Origin: Nemertoderma westbladi
Taxonomy: Eukaryota; Animalia; Xenacoelomorpha
DNA length: 64,000 nucleotides
Reading direction: 5' to 3'
Assembly (NCBI GenBank): GCA_032718475.1
Contig: JAUCBJ010007696.1
Coordinates: forward strand, 106,384-170,383
In this document: positions 50,741 to 63,260 of the stretch, piece by piece
Layout of the letters: every line of letters begins with the position of its first letter
Position numbering within the stretch: the first letter of the stretch is position 1
Translations under genes and position numbers: made by a program
Notes under the pieces: model-generated
Seen by the model: only the letters and a program-made list of their open reading frames with translations
Databases searched by the model: none
Told to the model about the DNA's origin: nothing

Positions 50741-53700
50741 ATACACCTACAACACAATGGATGCAATATCCCCTTTCTTTTGTCTATTCAATTCACAGTA
50801 CCGTACTACCAAAATCAGCCCCTGACATGGACGACAACAGTACCATTTGCCTCTCTGAAAGCATCCTCAAGCACGATCCGCCTCACAGATCCGCCAAATC
50901 CTTCTCCCTAGCTGGCGACTCCATCTCCGAAGACGATATTGCTTCCCTGAACGCCAAAGGTTGGCTCACCGACAATATCATTGAAGCGGTAGCCCAATAC
51001 CACACCAATATCCACCATGCCAGAGATTGAGCGAAAGTTTTCACCACCCATTTCCTTACCAGGTTTCGTTCAAGTGGCTTTCAAGGTGTTATTATCTGGA
51101 CCAAGCCAGATTTACTCCAAATGGAACACCTGCTTTTCCCCATCCACGTTGGGGGAAACCACTGGACGCTTGCTATCCTATCTTTGCATCCACCCACACT
51201 CCAGTATTTCGATTCACTTGGGGGCCGTGGTGATGCAGCCATCGAAAATAACAAGTCATGGTTTATTCTCGAATGCCAACGTCGCAACTCTCCCTGTTCC
51301 ACCATTACCATCAAACCACATCTCAAACGAGTTCAATTCAACAAGTGGATTCCAGTAAGGTGTCTATGTCTCGAGGTTCATCGAGCTCTGTCTAGAGGGT
51401 TCATTAGGTCTCACCAGGGTCAATGATGGCACCATCCAGCACTACAGAGCACATCTGCAGCACCTTGTCTCCAGGAACTCAACCTGCATCCCTCCACTCT
51501 CTCCGCCCAGACCAACCTAACCCACTGCTGAATCACCCAGCTTCCACCACACTGAGCCCGACTTTGTATCTGGTCCCACCACCAATTCGCCACTCCAGTC
51601 ATCTGGCCAACCAATTGGCGAACCCTTAGTCCCTTCCTTTTGCTTGCAAGAGCTGGAACCTGGCACTATACACAGCATCACCAGGGATACACACTGCAAC
51701 CAGTCATCCGATCTTACCACCACCAATTTACCCTACTCTCAGCATTCTGGCCAACTGGCCTGTGGATCATCCACCATTTCATCTAGCCTGATAGATCAGG
51801 ATCCAGACACAGTGCTTGTGCAAGATTCCACCACCGAATTACCAACAACCAGTCTCCCGACATTACCACCACCAATGCTACACCTTGCCATTCTTCCAAT
51901 CAATCAACCGATGAACCAGCCCAAACTACTTCCAGCCAGCAAGAACTATGCCCCATCTGCAACACACCCTTTCGCCGCAAATGGCTGGCTCACTGTAAGT
52001 CTGGCTTTGTCAAATTCCACGGTGCTTGTGCTGGGCTAACGAAAAAGAACTTCGAGCTAGACCCCAACATGTCTGCGAACTGGCTCTGCAAGACATGTCG
52101 TCATGTCCCCACATCACCCACACCCCCACCCTTTGGTACACAGCCAACAGAACCTCCACAACCCTTTCCGACAGGTATTCCATGTCCTTTCTCTCAACAA
52201 GACTCTTCCACGTATCCCCCGAGGTGCCCGATCAAAAGCGTCATCCATTTATGCAAATCTATGTGAATCAGTGGTCCGGGAGAATACCCCACGAACATGG
52301 CTTAATCTTCTGGCTTTCCCCTACAGCCTCAGGATCCCACAATCAACATCCAAGAAGAGCAGAGTCACTAAACCATCAAACCAACAATCCCTAACAACCA
52401 AGGTCAAAATCCAGCTTGTTGAGTATGTTAAGTTGACCAACGACCCGACCCATCCAGAGTTGCCGGAACCCAGGAAACCCCACCAACGGCCATCTACCAA
52501 CTCGCCCAAATCCGTTGATGAAAAACTCGGTAAGCTCATCTTGATGAAGATAGAAGAAGGAAATGTTCGCGCCGCTGCCAGACTACCTTCTTCCTCGGCA
52601 ACCATAGCTCCCCACAACTCTGAAACGTTACACTATCTCCAGAAACTCCACCCATCCCGTCTGCTCGACGACTTCGAGGGAGTACCAACCATTGAGGAGG
52701 CAGAAGCGCCTCTACTCGACCTATCTCAACCCGAAGTGGTCAAATCCATATTTTCGTTTCCAAATGGATCAGCAGCAGGGCCCGACAAGCTCCTCCCTCA
52801 AGTTATAAAAGACCTTTGCTCATCCTCGGCAGGTGAAACAGGCATGTGCTGTAGGAAAGCAGTAACCTCCATCGCCAATATAATAGTCATGGGTTTAGTA
52901 CCAAAAGATGTCTGCCCCTACCTCCACGGAGCGCGCCTCTGTGCTTTTAATAAACCCGAAGGTGGTATCAGACCTATTGCTGTGGGATGTACACTAGGGC
53001 ATTGCGTTTTTTACTTTTTTTCGATTTCGTTGTTCTACCGGTGCGCAAAAGTTGCCAAATGGTAAAAAATTAAGGCAAAAAAAATTTCTCTAAATTTCAT
53101 CGATATCGTGACGGATCCCAAGGGGGTTGAAATTTTGAGCCTTCGCGATGCACCACAATTAAATTTATAACAATATAACACATTAATGAAAGATCAATGA
53201 CCTAAGAGAGAACTTCCTGCATGCATCAAATGTCATCAAAATGGGTCCAAACTTATAGATACCTAAATTTTCATTTTTGGATCAAGGGAACTAGTGCCAC
53301 AGGCACATGGACAGAACCTACCATTTGGCGCAAGTGATGGTAATTCTCAATTTTCGCGATGGCCAACTTTGAATTATCCTACTGCATTAATATTATGCTC
53401 ATTAGAACCGCAATGCCCGATTTAGTGGGGTTAGACAACTTCAAAACAAACGTAGAGCGAATAGTTCTTGAGATATCGCAGAAAATGTGAAGTCCGGCAC
53501 AAGTCTCCATTACCGCCTTGATGCGATATGGACAAATCCTCAAAAAAATTTATTTTGAATTATCTCAAGGAACCAAGAATAGACACATCACAGAAATGAT
53601 AGATGTAGTGGGTGTAGACACCTTTAAAATAAGAGTAGAGTCATTAGTTCTTGAGTTATTTTACAAAATGTCAAGACTATGTCCACCAATTACTACTTGA

Positions 53701-56460
53701 TATTGAGTTGACCCATTCCACACATTTTGTACAAAAACTATAGTGAATTATGTACTACTCTTTAATTTTGAAGGTCTCTGTATACACTAAATCAATTTGT
53801 TGCAGTGATGTGTATATTCTTGATTCCTTGAGATAATTCAAAATAAATTTTTTTTGATGATTTCTCCATATCGCATCAAGGTGGTAGTGTAGACTTGTGC
53901 CGGACTTCACAGTTTCTGCCATATCTCAATAACTATTCGCTCTACACGTTTGTTTTGAAGGTGTCTACCCCCACTAAATCGGACATTGCGGTTCTAATGA
54001 GCTTACTATTATTGCAGTAGGAGAACTCAAAGTTGGCCGTCGCGAAAATTTAGAATAATCATCACTTGTGCCAAATGGTAGGTTCTGTCCATGTGCCTGT
54101 TACCTTGATCCAAAAATTTAAATTTTGGTTTCTAACTAAGTTTGGACCCATTTGATGACATTGGATGCATGCAGGAAGTTCTTTCTTGAGTCATTGATCT
54201 TTCATTAATGTGTTATATTGCTATAAATTTCATTATGGCGCATCGCGATGGCTCAAAATTTCAACCCTCTTGGGATCCGTGAAGATATAGACGAAATTTA
54301 ATGAAATTTTTTTGCCTTATTTTTTTACCATTTGGCAACTTTTGTGCACCGGTAGAACAATGAAATCGAAAAAAATAAAAAAACGCACCACCCTAATGTA
54401 CACTACGCCGTCTCGCCACCAAGACAGCCTGCCGAATGGCAGCCAGCCATTCTGACTACAAACTTGCCCCTCATCAACTCGGTTTCGGGACACCCAGGGG
54501 GGCAGAGGCCGCAGTCCACTCTGCAAGGAGCTTCCTTTAGTGGTTCAACCGCGAGGAATCTGTCGTGTTGGTGAAAGTCGACTTTGCGAATGCCTTTAAT
54601 AGTGTACACCGAGGGCCTCTTTTACGGTCTGTTCTGGAAAATATCCCACCACTGTATAACATAGCCTATCAGTCCTATGCCGCTCCTACATACCTATTCT
54701 ATGGCAAGGAGATTATTAACTCTGACAATGGCAGCCAGCAGGGTGATCCTTTGGCTTCCCTCTTCTTCAGCTCCGACATCCACGGGTTTGTGGACTTTTT
54801 AAACTGTATCTTCAATGTTTGGTTTCTTGATGATGGCTCCCTAGGTGGGTCCGCCCTTTCAGTTGCTGAAAATTTGAAGACCATCATCAGTGAAGCAGCT
54901 AAGTTGGGTCTATCGATCAAACCCTCTAAATGCGAACTAATTTTCCACAAGGACTTTCCTGCGAGTTTGAAGGAATCCACCCTCGCCACATTTCAATCCA
55001 TCACCCCAGGCATTAAACCATTTGATTTCGAAGAATCCATCCTTCTAGGGGCACCACTTGGTGATAAGGCCATGGAAACAGTCTTGGTGCAGAAACAGCT
55101 TGAACTATCTACCTTCGCTAGCCGTCTTCATCTACTTTCTGCACATGATGCCCTTTACCTTCTGAGACACTGTTTTGCAATCCCGAAGCTAATGTACACA
55201 CTTTGATATGCTCCATGCTTCACATCACCACAGCTCGACATCTTCGATGAGACCATCAAAAAAGCTCTGGAAATCGCACTCAATATCCAGCTGGATGATA
55301 TCACATGGCGTCAAGCCTCTCTACCCATCGCTCTTGGTGGCCTTGGGGTAAGGAGTACGAGGGACATCTCAATACCGGCCTTTTTGGCTTCGTTCTCAGG
55401 ATGCCGTCCCCTACTCCAATCCCTTCTTCCACCACCGATCATTGAAGCACCCAACCACTGGTTCGACCAAGGCCTGAGAGCCCTTCCAACAGACTACGAA
55501 GTACCTATCAACCCCATATTCCAGAAAGCCTGGAGCAATCCATTGGATGTTACTGCCTCAAAGAAAATCCTTGATGGAGCGAAGTCCCCATCACACAAGG
55601 CACGCCTTCTAGCTTCAGTGGCAGACCATGCAGGCGACTGGCTCCATGCCATCCCAATCTCATCTCTTGGTCTCCGTCTCGAGGACGACCAGCTCCGAGT
55701 AGGTGTAGCGCTGCGTCTCGGAGCCCCTATCAGCGTCGAGCATAACTGCCGTGGTTGTGGCGGTCTAGTAGACAGATGGGCCACCCATGGCCTCTCGTGT
55801 ATCCACAATTATGGGAAATTCACCCGCCACGCAGAGGCCAATGATATAATCCATCGTGCCCTAACCTCTGCAGGAGTTGTTTCTACCCTCGAGCCGCGAG
55901 GTCTGTCCCACGATGGTAAGGTGCCGGACGGAATGACTCTTGCACCATGGGCCACAGGAAAACCTCTCGTGTGGGACTTCACATGCAGGGACACCCTGGC
56001 CGCGTCCCACCTTCCAGGCACTTCCTCCACAGCAGGTGCCGCTGCCGCATCTGCCGAATCTGCAAAATTAAGAAAATATACCGAGCTCCAGCACAACTAC
56101 CACTTCACCACCATTGCTGTCGAGACCCTAGGTGCTATCGGTAGCGAAGGAACACAAATCCTTCGAGAGATCGGCCGCCGCATCTCGCTAAAATCCGCCG
56201 AACCAAGGGCGACCACATTTCTCTTCCAGAGGTTGTCGATGGCCATTGTCCGGGGAAACGCCACCGCTGTGCTTGGTACCCTACCAGCCAAGGCAGACCT
56301 CAACGAGATCCTACTCCTCTAGAGCCAACTACATCCGACCCCAGCTCAGCCTTCCACTAAATCCAATTTAGTCCCCAACTTACCAACTATTGATTTATCA
56401 ATGGATTCGATTACCTACGAACTGTACCTAACTGAGTTTGTATTTATGTGATGTTATCTA
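50741..56460 (+). mobile_element. Decayed CRE-like non-LTR retrotransposon: Ulp1/C48 protease + PHD + RT + restriction-like endonuclease
   Basis: GWLTDNII and FPIHVGGNHWTL..YFDSLG (Ulp1); CPIC..C....FHGAC..WLCKTC (PHD); RT motifs GPD, IRPIAVGCT|LRRL, KVDFANAFNSV, QQGDPL, WFLDDG; C-terminal CRGC..H..SC, RH, PDG..WD, KLRKY, AVETLG (RLE). Multiple stops and frameshifts; boundaries approximate. Confidence 0.9.
52995..54395. mobile_element. hAT-type foldback MITE (1401 bp) inserted in the RT coding region
   Basis: TAGGG...CCCTA ends; perfect 8-bp TSD ATGTACAC (52987-52994, 54396-54403); the two halves are inverted copies over most of the length; removal restores GCTLRRLATK. Confidence 0.95.
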
Positions 56461-57387
56461 TGAGTCATTCGGTATATTCTGGAACATTTTGTTTAAGTAT
56501 GAATAGCTACGCAATAGAGATATTGGATTGGAATACCGCTGTTGCCCACCAACTCATAAAATAAATAACACGTTCTAGAATTTTAATATATTAAAGTATA
56601 TATATATAAACTATATCTCAGCTGTTTCTCAACGAAATTCAGATATTGTTACATATCTTGAATCCTTGCAACGCAAGCTTTTCAATGATATGATAAAATT
56701 ATGACTAATGTGAAGAATGGCGACGATACGGAGGGCTCGATTTCGCAAAAGACACTTTTTTAAAACGCTTTTTAAAAAAATTTAAAGGTGAAATCGAAAA
56801 TTCTGGCTTCATGGGGTCAACAACGGTGAGTGGGATTAGTTGTGTTTAAAATTTCAAGCAATATGATAAAGATTTGTAGAAAATCTGGGGGGGAGCGGGG
56901 AGGGGCTCCGTGTCATCAGAAAATGACACTATATTACGATTCATGGTGTATAGTTAGTACCGGTATTACACCATGCCCCCTGCCCCGGAATATAGTGTTG
57001 AAATTCAATGGCACGAGTAAGCCCCCCCCCCCCCCCCCCACCAAATAAAGTTAGTTTCATCTCAAAGAGTCAAAAATACCTTTATCGGTACCCTTTTACC
57101 TTTATTTTTTGGGTTTTTTTAGTGTATTTGTTTTTGATGTTGATGAATGTTCTAGAACCTTTAAGTAGTAGATATTTTTATGGTAGCTAGAGTTTTCTTT
57201 ACTATTTTGATATTGGTGAATGTTCTAGAACCTTAGCAATTTTTTAATGGTAGGGGCCTAGCTAGTATTGTTTTACTAGCTTGTGTTTTTTTAAAATTAT
57301 TTTGGTCATTAATATATTCTAGAACAATATCCTGAAATTTCCATGTATTCACATTTTTTATAATTTAAAAAATACTATATATATATC

Positions 57388-59000
57388 CTACAGTGGAAAA
57401 GTGCTCGTTTAATATGTTCGCAATTTTTTTTGGGTCCCGAGTGCTTTGTACAGTGTCATCAGTGCGTGTGGTTATTTGTTTGGGAATTGTTAATTTTTTA
57501 ATTTATTAATTGCTGAATTTATTATTAACCAGGTTTTTCTTGTGTTTTTTGAGTTTAGTTGAAATTGTTTGGTGTACCGGTAGTACTGTTGTTCAGCGGC
57601 TCGTAGAGTACTAGTTAATTTGTTTCTATACGATTTAATTGTTTTAAGGTTAGCTTCAGTGGGATGTTCCATGTAATAGCGGTGGAGTTTATTTTTTGTT
57701 AGGGTAGGCCTACTATATAAGAGGGCATCGGTCATCCAGGGTTTGTTTGGGATTTTGCTTGGCGGTACAACATTTTTGGTATATGTAAGTTAAATAATTT
57801 TTCTATATCTAGATAAAATATGTCAAATTTTTCTTTATTTGAGACGTTATGAGAAGTGTAGGTCCAAGTGGTTGGTAAGTCAAGGTCTTTCATAAAATTT
57901 TGGTAATTGAAATTTGAATAATCGAACTTAGTGTAATTTTTTATATTATTAAAGTAACATTCATAGTTCATAAACATTGTAAATGTTGGCTGGTGGTCTG
58001 AGGTTCCAATTTTTGTATGAAAAGTTCCAGAATTTGTAGCAGCTGTAGTAATCTTTGTTATAATATGGTCGATGCATGTTTGAGTCCATGGAGTTATTAT
58101 GGTGGGGTCTTGGATGAGTTGGATGAAGCTGTAGAGGATGTTTATATATTCAGTAGGATTGTCCCTAGAAGTTAGCAAGTCTATATTGGTATCACCAGTT
58201 ATTATAATGTCGTACTGAGTGTCAGCAAGATTATAAAGAGTACAGTCAAGAAGAGAGAAGAAGTTTCATTCTTTCGGGTGTGTATAGAGTTCCTATTAGT
58301 AGAGGCTTAGATTTATGGCGTTTAATTTCGATCCATGAGTTTTCAAGGTCCTTCATTTTTAAATAATTTCGTTCTAATGTTTCTAAATGTTCCTGCACAT
58401 AAATAGCCGTCCCACCTCCTCTATCTAGCTTACCTATTTTTCGATTATCTGTAAAAGGTGATTAGTAGCCATGAATTTTTAATAGGTCTAGGTTTGATTG
58501 GTCCGTCAGAAAAGTTTCGGAAAAAGTAAGCACATCAAATTTTTTTTCAATTAATAGTAAAAAATCAGTCATGGCTAGGGGTGAAATATGGCTGCGGCAG
58601 TTTAATTTAAAAATAGAAAATGTTGACCTGTCATTTAAATTTTTTATTTCGGTTTTAAAACTTTTTCAGTGTAGGTTCGTCCATTAATATTAAGATTTGT
58701 TATATTGTCATCTGCGTCTAGGTTTGAAAAGGTTTGAATCAGTATTTGTGATTCAGGTAGAGCGTCACAGTGGGACAAATATCATGGTCGTCAGGATGTA
58801 CAGAAAAGAGGGAAATATTTCGGAATAACAATAAAAACAGTAATCGTCATATCGTATACGTCCAGCATTGTTTATCTCGTGGGGGAGTAGGAATGAGCCA
58901 CAGGGCAAATGGAACTGATTATTACAGGATATACAAATAAAAATGTACCTAATCAGTGGGTTCGAATCTCGAGTAGCAGAAGTTACATGAAATGGGACAG
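57388..59000 (-). mobile_element. Degraded CR1/L2-type LINE: PHD-like finger, APE endonuclease and linker; RT missing
   Basis: CISCNNQFHLPC..YCFYC..IFP; TGDTNIDL, CIDHII and SDHQP (APE); YRNKLTSTLRAAEQQYY..KTWLIIN; ends at LNEHFSTVG. 59400-60000 may be its ORF1/5' region (not verified). Confidence 0.82.
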
Positions 59001-60380
59001 GGTGAGTGCGGGGAGTACTGCATTGGGGGGGGGGGGGGGGGGGGGGGGGGAGGGAGGGAGGAAGGGAGGGGGGGGGGGGGTGAGTGGGTAGGACTGTGGT
59101 AACACTGTGTACACAGTCTTTGATTAGACTAGATTTATACACAGCTGGGGACTAGTCAGGCTAACAGGCCACCATGCAGATAGCATGATGAGTTAATAGG
59201 AAATATTGGACACACATGAGATATATAAATACTTCAATAAATACATAATATATATATAGAAATACTTTAAAAAATATAGAAATACTGAAACGCGTATAGA
59301 TCAGGTGCGTAAGTCTGTAAGTCTAACGGACCAATTAATTCTCATTAATTAAATATTAATTCCGACCCATCCATGTCTCGCGAAAGAGGCACCAGAGTCA
59401 CCTACCATAATAAAATAACAATATTGTTTGCGGTGAATTGCAGTTTACGAGTCACCCTGCAGATTACCCTGACCTGTTAGTGAGCGTCTCAAATTGCGGT
59501 TTTTAGTAGGACCCGCAGACATTGGAACATCTAACTGTCTAACTTACGCATGATTTCGAAGAATTTATCTCTATCATCTTCGCGATGTAGGTAGATTCGG
59601 AAATGTTGCTAACAAGTAGGCCTAAGTTATGCCGACAGGCCGACGATGGTACTGCTCTTGGCTGTCATTTCGAGCTTTGAGGAGCTTTTTTTACTTCCGT
59701 TAGTGACTGGACTGAAGATTCTAGAGCTATAATACGAGTGGAAGATTTAGACAGTTCAGCAGTTCGTTCCTAAGTGAGGATATATCCTGTTTGAGGACTT
59801 TCTTTGATTTCGTTCAGACCTCGTTTAAGCTCTTTAAAACGTTTGAAGAATTTGGTTGTTTAGTAGGTTATCGCCCAAGGCCATAATACAGAATAGATCG
59901 AGAGGCCAGTGCAGCAGTAAGTAAGATAGTTCGCACTAAATCGGGAACGCGAAGCTGAGTCGGTTTCAACTGTAAGTTCTGAAGTTTAGTAAGTTACTCT
60001 AAGAGGAATCCTGCAGTAGGTCCGTCAGCCTGTTGACAGAAATTTAGGGCTGTACTGGTCAGCTGGTGACTGGTATCATCAGTACAGAATGAATTACTCA
60101 ATGGTGTGCTTTACTGTGTACTCATCCTGACATCTTGCCGGGGTTGCCGTATGTGTATGTGTAGGCCTAGCCTTAATGCAGTAATGCTAAGTGCTAAGGC
60201 TAACTGTGATAATGTACCGGAACCGGACCGGTACGTACTACGTACCGTACATTGATTTTATATAAATGAAAATAAGGCTAGGCTACCGGTAGTAATAAAA
60301 AAAGGCTAGGCACTAGGCTGCTAGGAGGCCTGCTAGGCCCTAGGCAGCTAGGGCCTAGTTATAAAATAACTCGGACTTAC

Positions 60381-60478
60381 TTTTTCGGTTTTCGCCTTGA
60401 AGTTGAACCACTTGGAATCTGTAATAAACTTTTTGAAAGAGACTTTCCCACCACATTCACATCTTCTTTACCAGCCAT
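60381..60478 (-). CDS. TRIP12: Probable TRIP12 first coding exon (MAGKEDVNVVGKSLSKSLLQIPSGSTSRRKPK)
   Basis: ATG at 60478, 98 nt open, perfect donor AA|GTAAGT; phase 2 matches the exon 2 acceptor. The joined CDS is 6012 nt (2003 aa), the size expected for TRIP12. No homology support from so short a peptide. Confidence 0.7.
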
Positions 60479-61080
60479 CTAATCCCTAATTCGTGTTTAT
60501 CCATCGACGGATTGCCAATAGAAACCGAGTTATCAGGTTGTATGGCCAATTACAAATTATTTCAGTAGGCCTGTTCGTTCCCCTGTTTCGCTATTTCTGT
60601 ACCGATATTTCTGTATTTCAGTACCGGTATTTAGTCAGCAAACAACAGACAGACAGAACACAGAACAATACTGCAATACAGCATTAACCTGTTAATTCAA
60701 TACAGCAATAACAGAATAATCAGATTACCTGAATACTGTAGCAGTCTGGCAGTGTAAGTCAGTCTAATACTGGCTGACTGGGAAATACAGACAGGCAGAA
60801 ATAATACGCGGTTTGCAGGTCTGTCTGTCTGGCATCTGGTACCAGCCAGCCAGCAGGAGCAGACCAGGCAGCCACGGTACTGGCGACTGGTCAGCTGGTA
60901 CCCTACCGTACGAGGTAGAATAAAACGTCTGTCCTTATCTGATCTGATCTGATCTGATCTGACAGCATCTGATTCTATAACCAATCAGGAGAAAGATATA
61001 TAATATTTACCTAACTGTCTGTTAGGTAAATAGCCAATAGCTGAATAGGGGATCACGTTTCAGGTTGCCTGTTACGTATC
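60479..61080 (-). promoter_or_regulatory. Probable TRIP12 5'UTR/promoter region
   Basis: Directly upstream of the putative first exon; several CCAAT boxes (~60516, 60546, 60981, 61034); higher GC than the flanking AT-rich DNA. Confidence 0.4.
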
Positions 61081-61544
61081 AGTATCATCATATGAAGTAG
61101 CAGTACAGGCATATCGGTATGCATCTAATGCACAAAGGCATGTTATTATATATTAAAAATGCGATATACAGTAGGATGAAGGATGGTGGGTATGTAAGTT
61201 GTGTGATTGTCCCAGCAAAGATGGATAGTTTCAGATGTAAACAACTTTCGTAGATTTAGTCTGTTAGTTGGTGTTGAAACAATAAACTTTTATTAAAAAC
61301 AATACAGCATTTGCTGCAATATTTTTTTCGTAAATCTTTCTTGTTAATAGTTATCATTATTAATAGTTAAAGTTAATTATATTAATTATAATTAATATTA
61401 TTAATTAAGTACGGTAATGATTCTTATTAATATATTACATTTAAAATATGTATGAAATTTAAGAATTTTATTAATTTTACTATTTATTAAAGAATATGGG
61501 AAGGTGGATGGGAATGTGGGAATTTATAAACACTTATTACCTTC

Positions 61545-61715
61545 CAATTGAAGGAAAAGAGCAGGTTACAGCGGCTGTAATTTCTAACCAAAACAATAAA
61601 CGACGTTGTTACCTACAAATTGGGAAAGGAGCAGGTTACCGAGACAGGGTTTTCTAACCAAAACAATAAACGATTTTGTTACCTACCAATTGAGGGAAAG
61701 GAGAATATGTTACCG
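61545..61715. repeat. Diverged ~70-bp direct repeat, ~2.5 copies
   Basis: TTTCTAACCAAAACAATAAACGA and GGAAA(A/G)GAGCAGGTTAC recur. Confidence 0.7.
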
Positions 61716-62290
61716 CGGCGGCTTGTTTACACAGTTACACCCGTCACCTTTCTTACTAACCGTCCTACTGACTGATCAATAGATCATCCCCCTCAAAAAA
61801 TAAAGGACATCGCGCACGCGCATAAAGCACTTAATAAAGATAAATTTAATAAAAACGAATACAATAAAAACAATAATAAAAACAATAAACGAATTAGTAT
61901 ATGTGCAGGTCACTGTATAAGACATAAATAAGCTCTATAATACACTCAATAAAGATAAATTAAAAAAGAATTAAAATCTTCAAATATAAAATTCCAATAA
62001 AAGTCGACCGAAAAGTGAAATCCTGGTATTCTTCACATGGGCGGTATTCTTCACATGGACCGACACCAAAATTTGGCACCAGCCGCTAAAAACAAATTTA
62101 AAATTTCTAGCTTATTTTATTTGAATTCCTTTTAGTTCGTTTCAGTTAGTCTTTTAGTTAGTATCGTTAGTTTCAGAGCGGGAAGTATTATATTGACACC
62201 CCCCCCCCCCCCCGGGTTTAAGGGGAATACCGGGGAAACTTCACATGCTGACATAGGCAGAAAGTCCAGTACTCATTTAGCTACCATTTA

Positions 62291-62426
62291 AGGATGCAAG
62301 GCAGAGATGCCTCGCTAAACCCTTCAAAACATTCGTGCCGAAACGAAAACTACCTTGGCCCCATGCCGGGGTTGAACCCACAACCTCCGAGAGATGTGAA
62401 TTCAATATAACCACTACACCAAGGTG
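62291..62426 (-). mobile_element. tRNA-derived SINE (copy 2)
   Basis: A box TGGTGTAGTGG and B box GGTTCAACCCC on the minus strand; similar to 16138-16281. Confidence 0.7.
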
Positions 62427-62896
62427 CGCTCTGAACCAAGGTGGAACAAGTGTCAGATACCGTCAGATCAGATCAGATCAGATAAGGACAGACGTTTTAG
62501 CCATCCTACTACCGTACAGCGTACTGCCGTACAGCAGTACAGCCGTACCGTCAGACCGTGGCCATTGCAGCATTGGTGTGGTACGACGTCTGTACTTAGT
62601 ACAGTCAGACAGTAGTACGACTGGTACGTCTGTAGTTGTGGTCTGGTGGTTGCTGCTGCCGGTCAGCCAGCATCAGGCTGGCAGGTGCAGCTGCAAACAG
62701 CTGAACAGGCATGTACGATGTACCAGTGTACCGGTACTGGCAGACTGGTACAGACTACAGACACAGACAGACACAGACTGACAGATATTTGGGGGTTTTA
62801 CTTTTCAACGTATGCCGTAATGCCTGACTGCCGTACAGCCGTACGCCGTACGTATCCACGTATGTGCGTACGTATCCTGGTATCCACGTACTGACG

Positions 62897-63260
62897 TACC
62901 GTAAAATGGGATGGGGTTACTTTGCCCATTTTTACGAAAGCATATGCTGATATGGCTGTATGGATGTTACATTGTGCAAAAACATGTCAACCACTATTAC
63001 CAGCCAGACAGCACGAAATATTGTGAATTATGGTGCACTAGTAATTTTATTTTGTGAAAACATTCAGTCCAAGGGCATATAATAACATTTTTATAGTTTT
63101 TTAAAAATTTATGCTGTGCGCAAAGTAGCCCCAGGTATGGCTAACTTTGCCGACTAAATGAATTTACACTGTTTCAAGCACTTTTTGCTATAATTTGGCA
63201 ATGAAAACCAGATAAAAGACCTAATTTAGCCCCATTGAGGGGCTACTTTGCCCATAAAAT
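62897..63260. mobile_element. Possible end of a Tc1/mariner-pogo type element
   Basis: TA-CCGTAAAATGGG..GGGGTTACTTTGCCC terminus-like motif, with internal repeats GCAAAGTAGCCCC and GGGGCTACTTTGCCC; other end not found in the window. Confidence 0.35.

Larger units (their letters stand above)
50270..56885. mobile_element. Foldback element whose inverted arms (~50270-50620 and ~56555-56885) enclose the CRE-like retrotransposon
   Basis: CCATGAAGCCGGAATTTTCGATTT...CCATTCTTCACATTAGTC...AACAGCTGAGATATAG matches the reverse complement of 56612-56860; the central part resembles 42365-42937. Confidence 0.75.

Noticed and set aside
59025-59081. Poly-G/poly-C tracts (also 17488, 28610, 31867, 35018, 50096) as G-quadruplex regulatory elements
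   Set aside because: Homopolymers are scattered through repeat DNA with no positional pattern, and their lengths are unreliable in assemblies.
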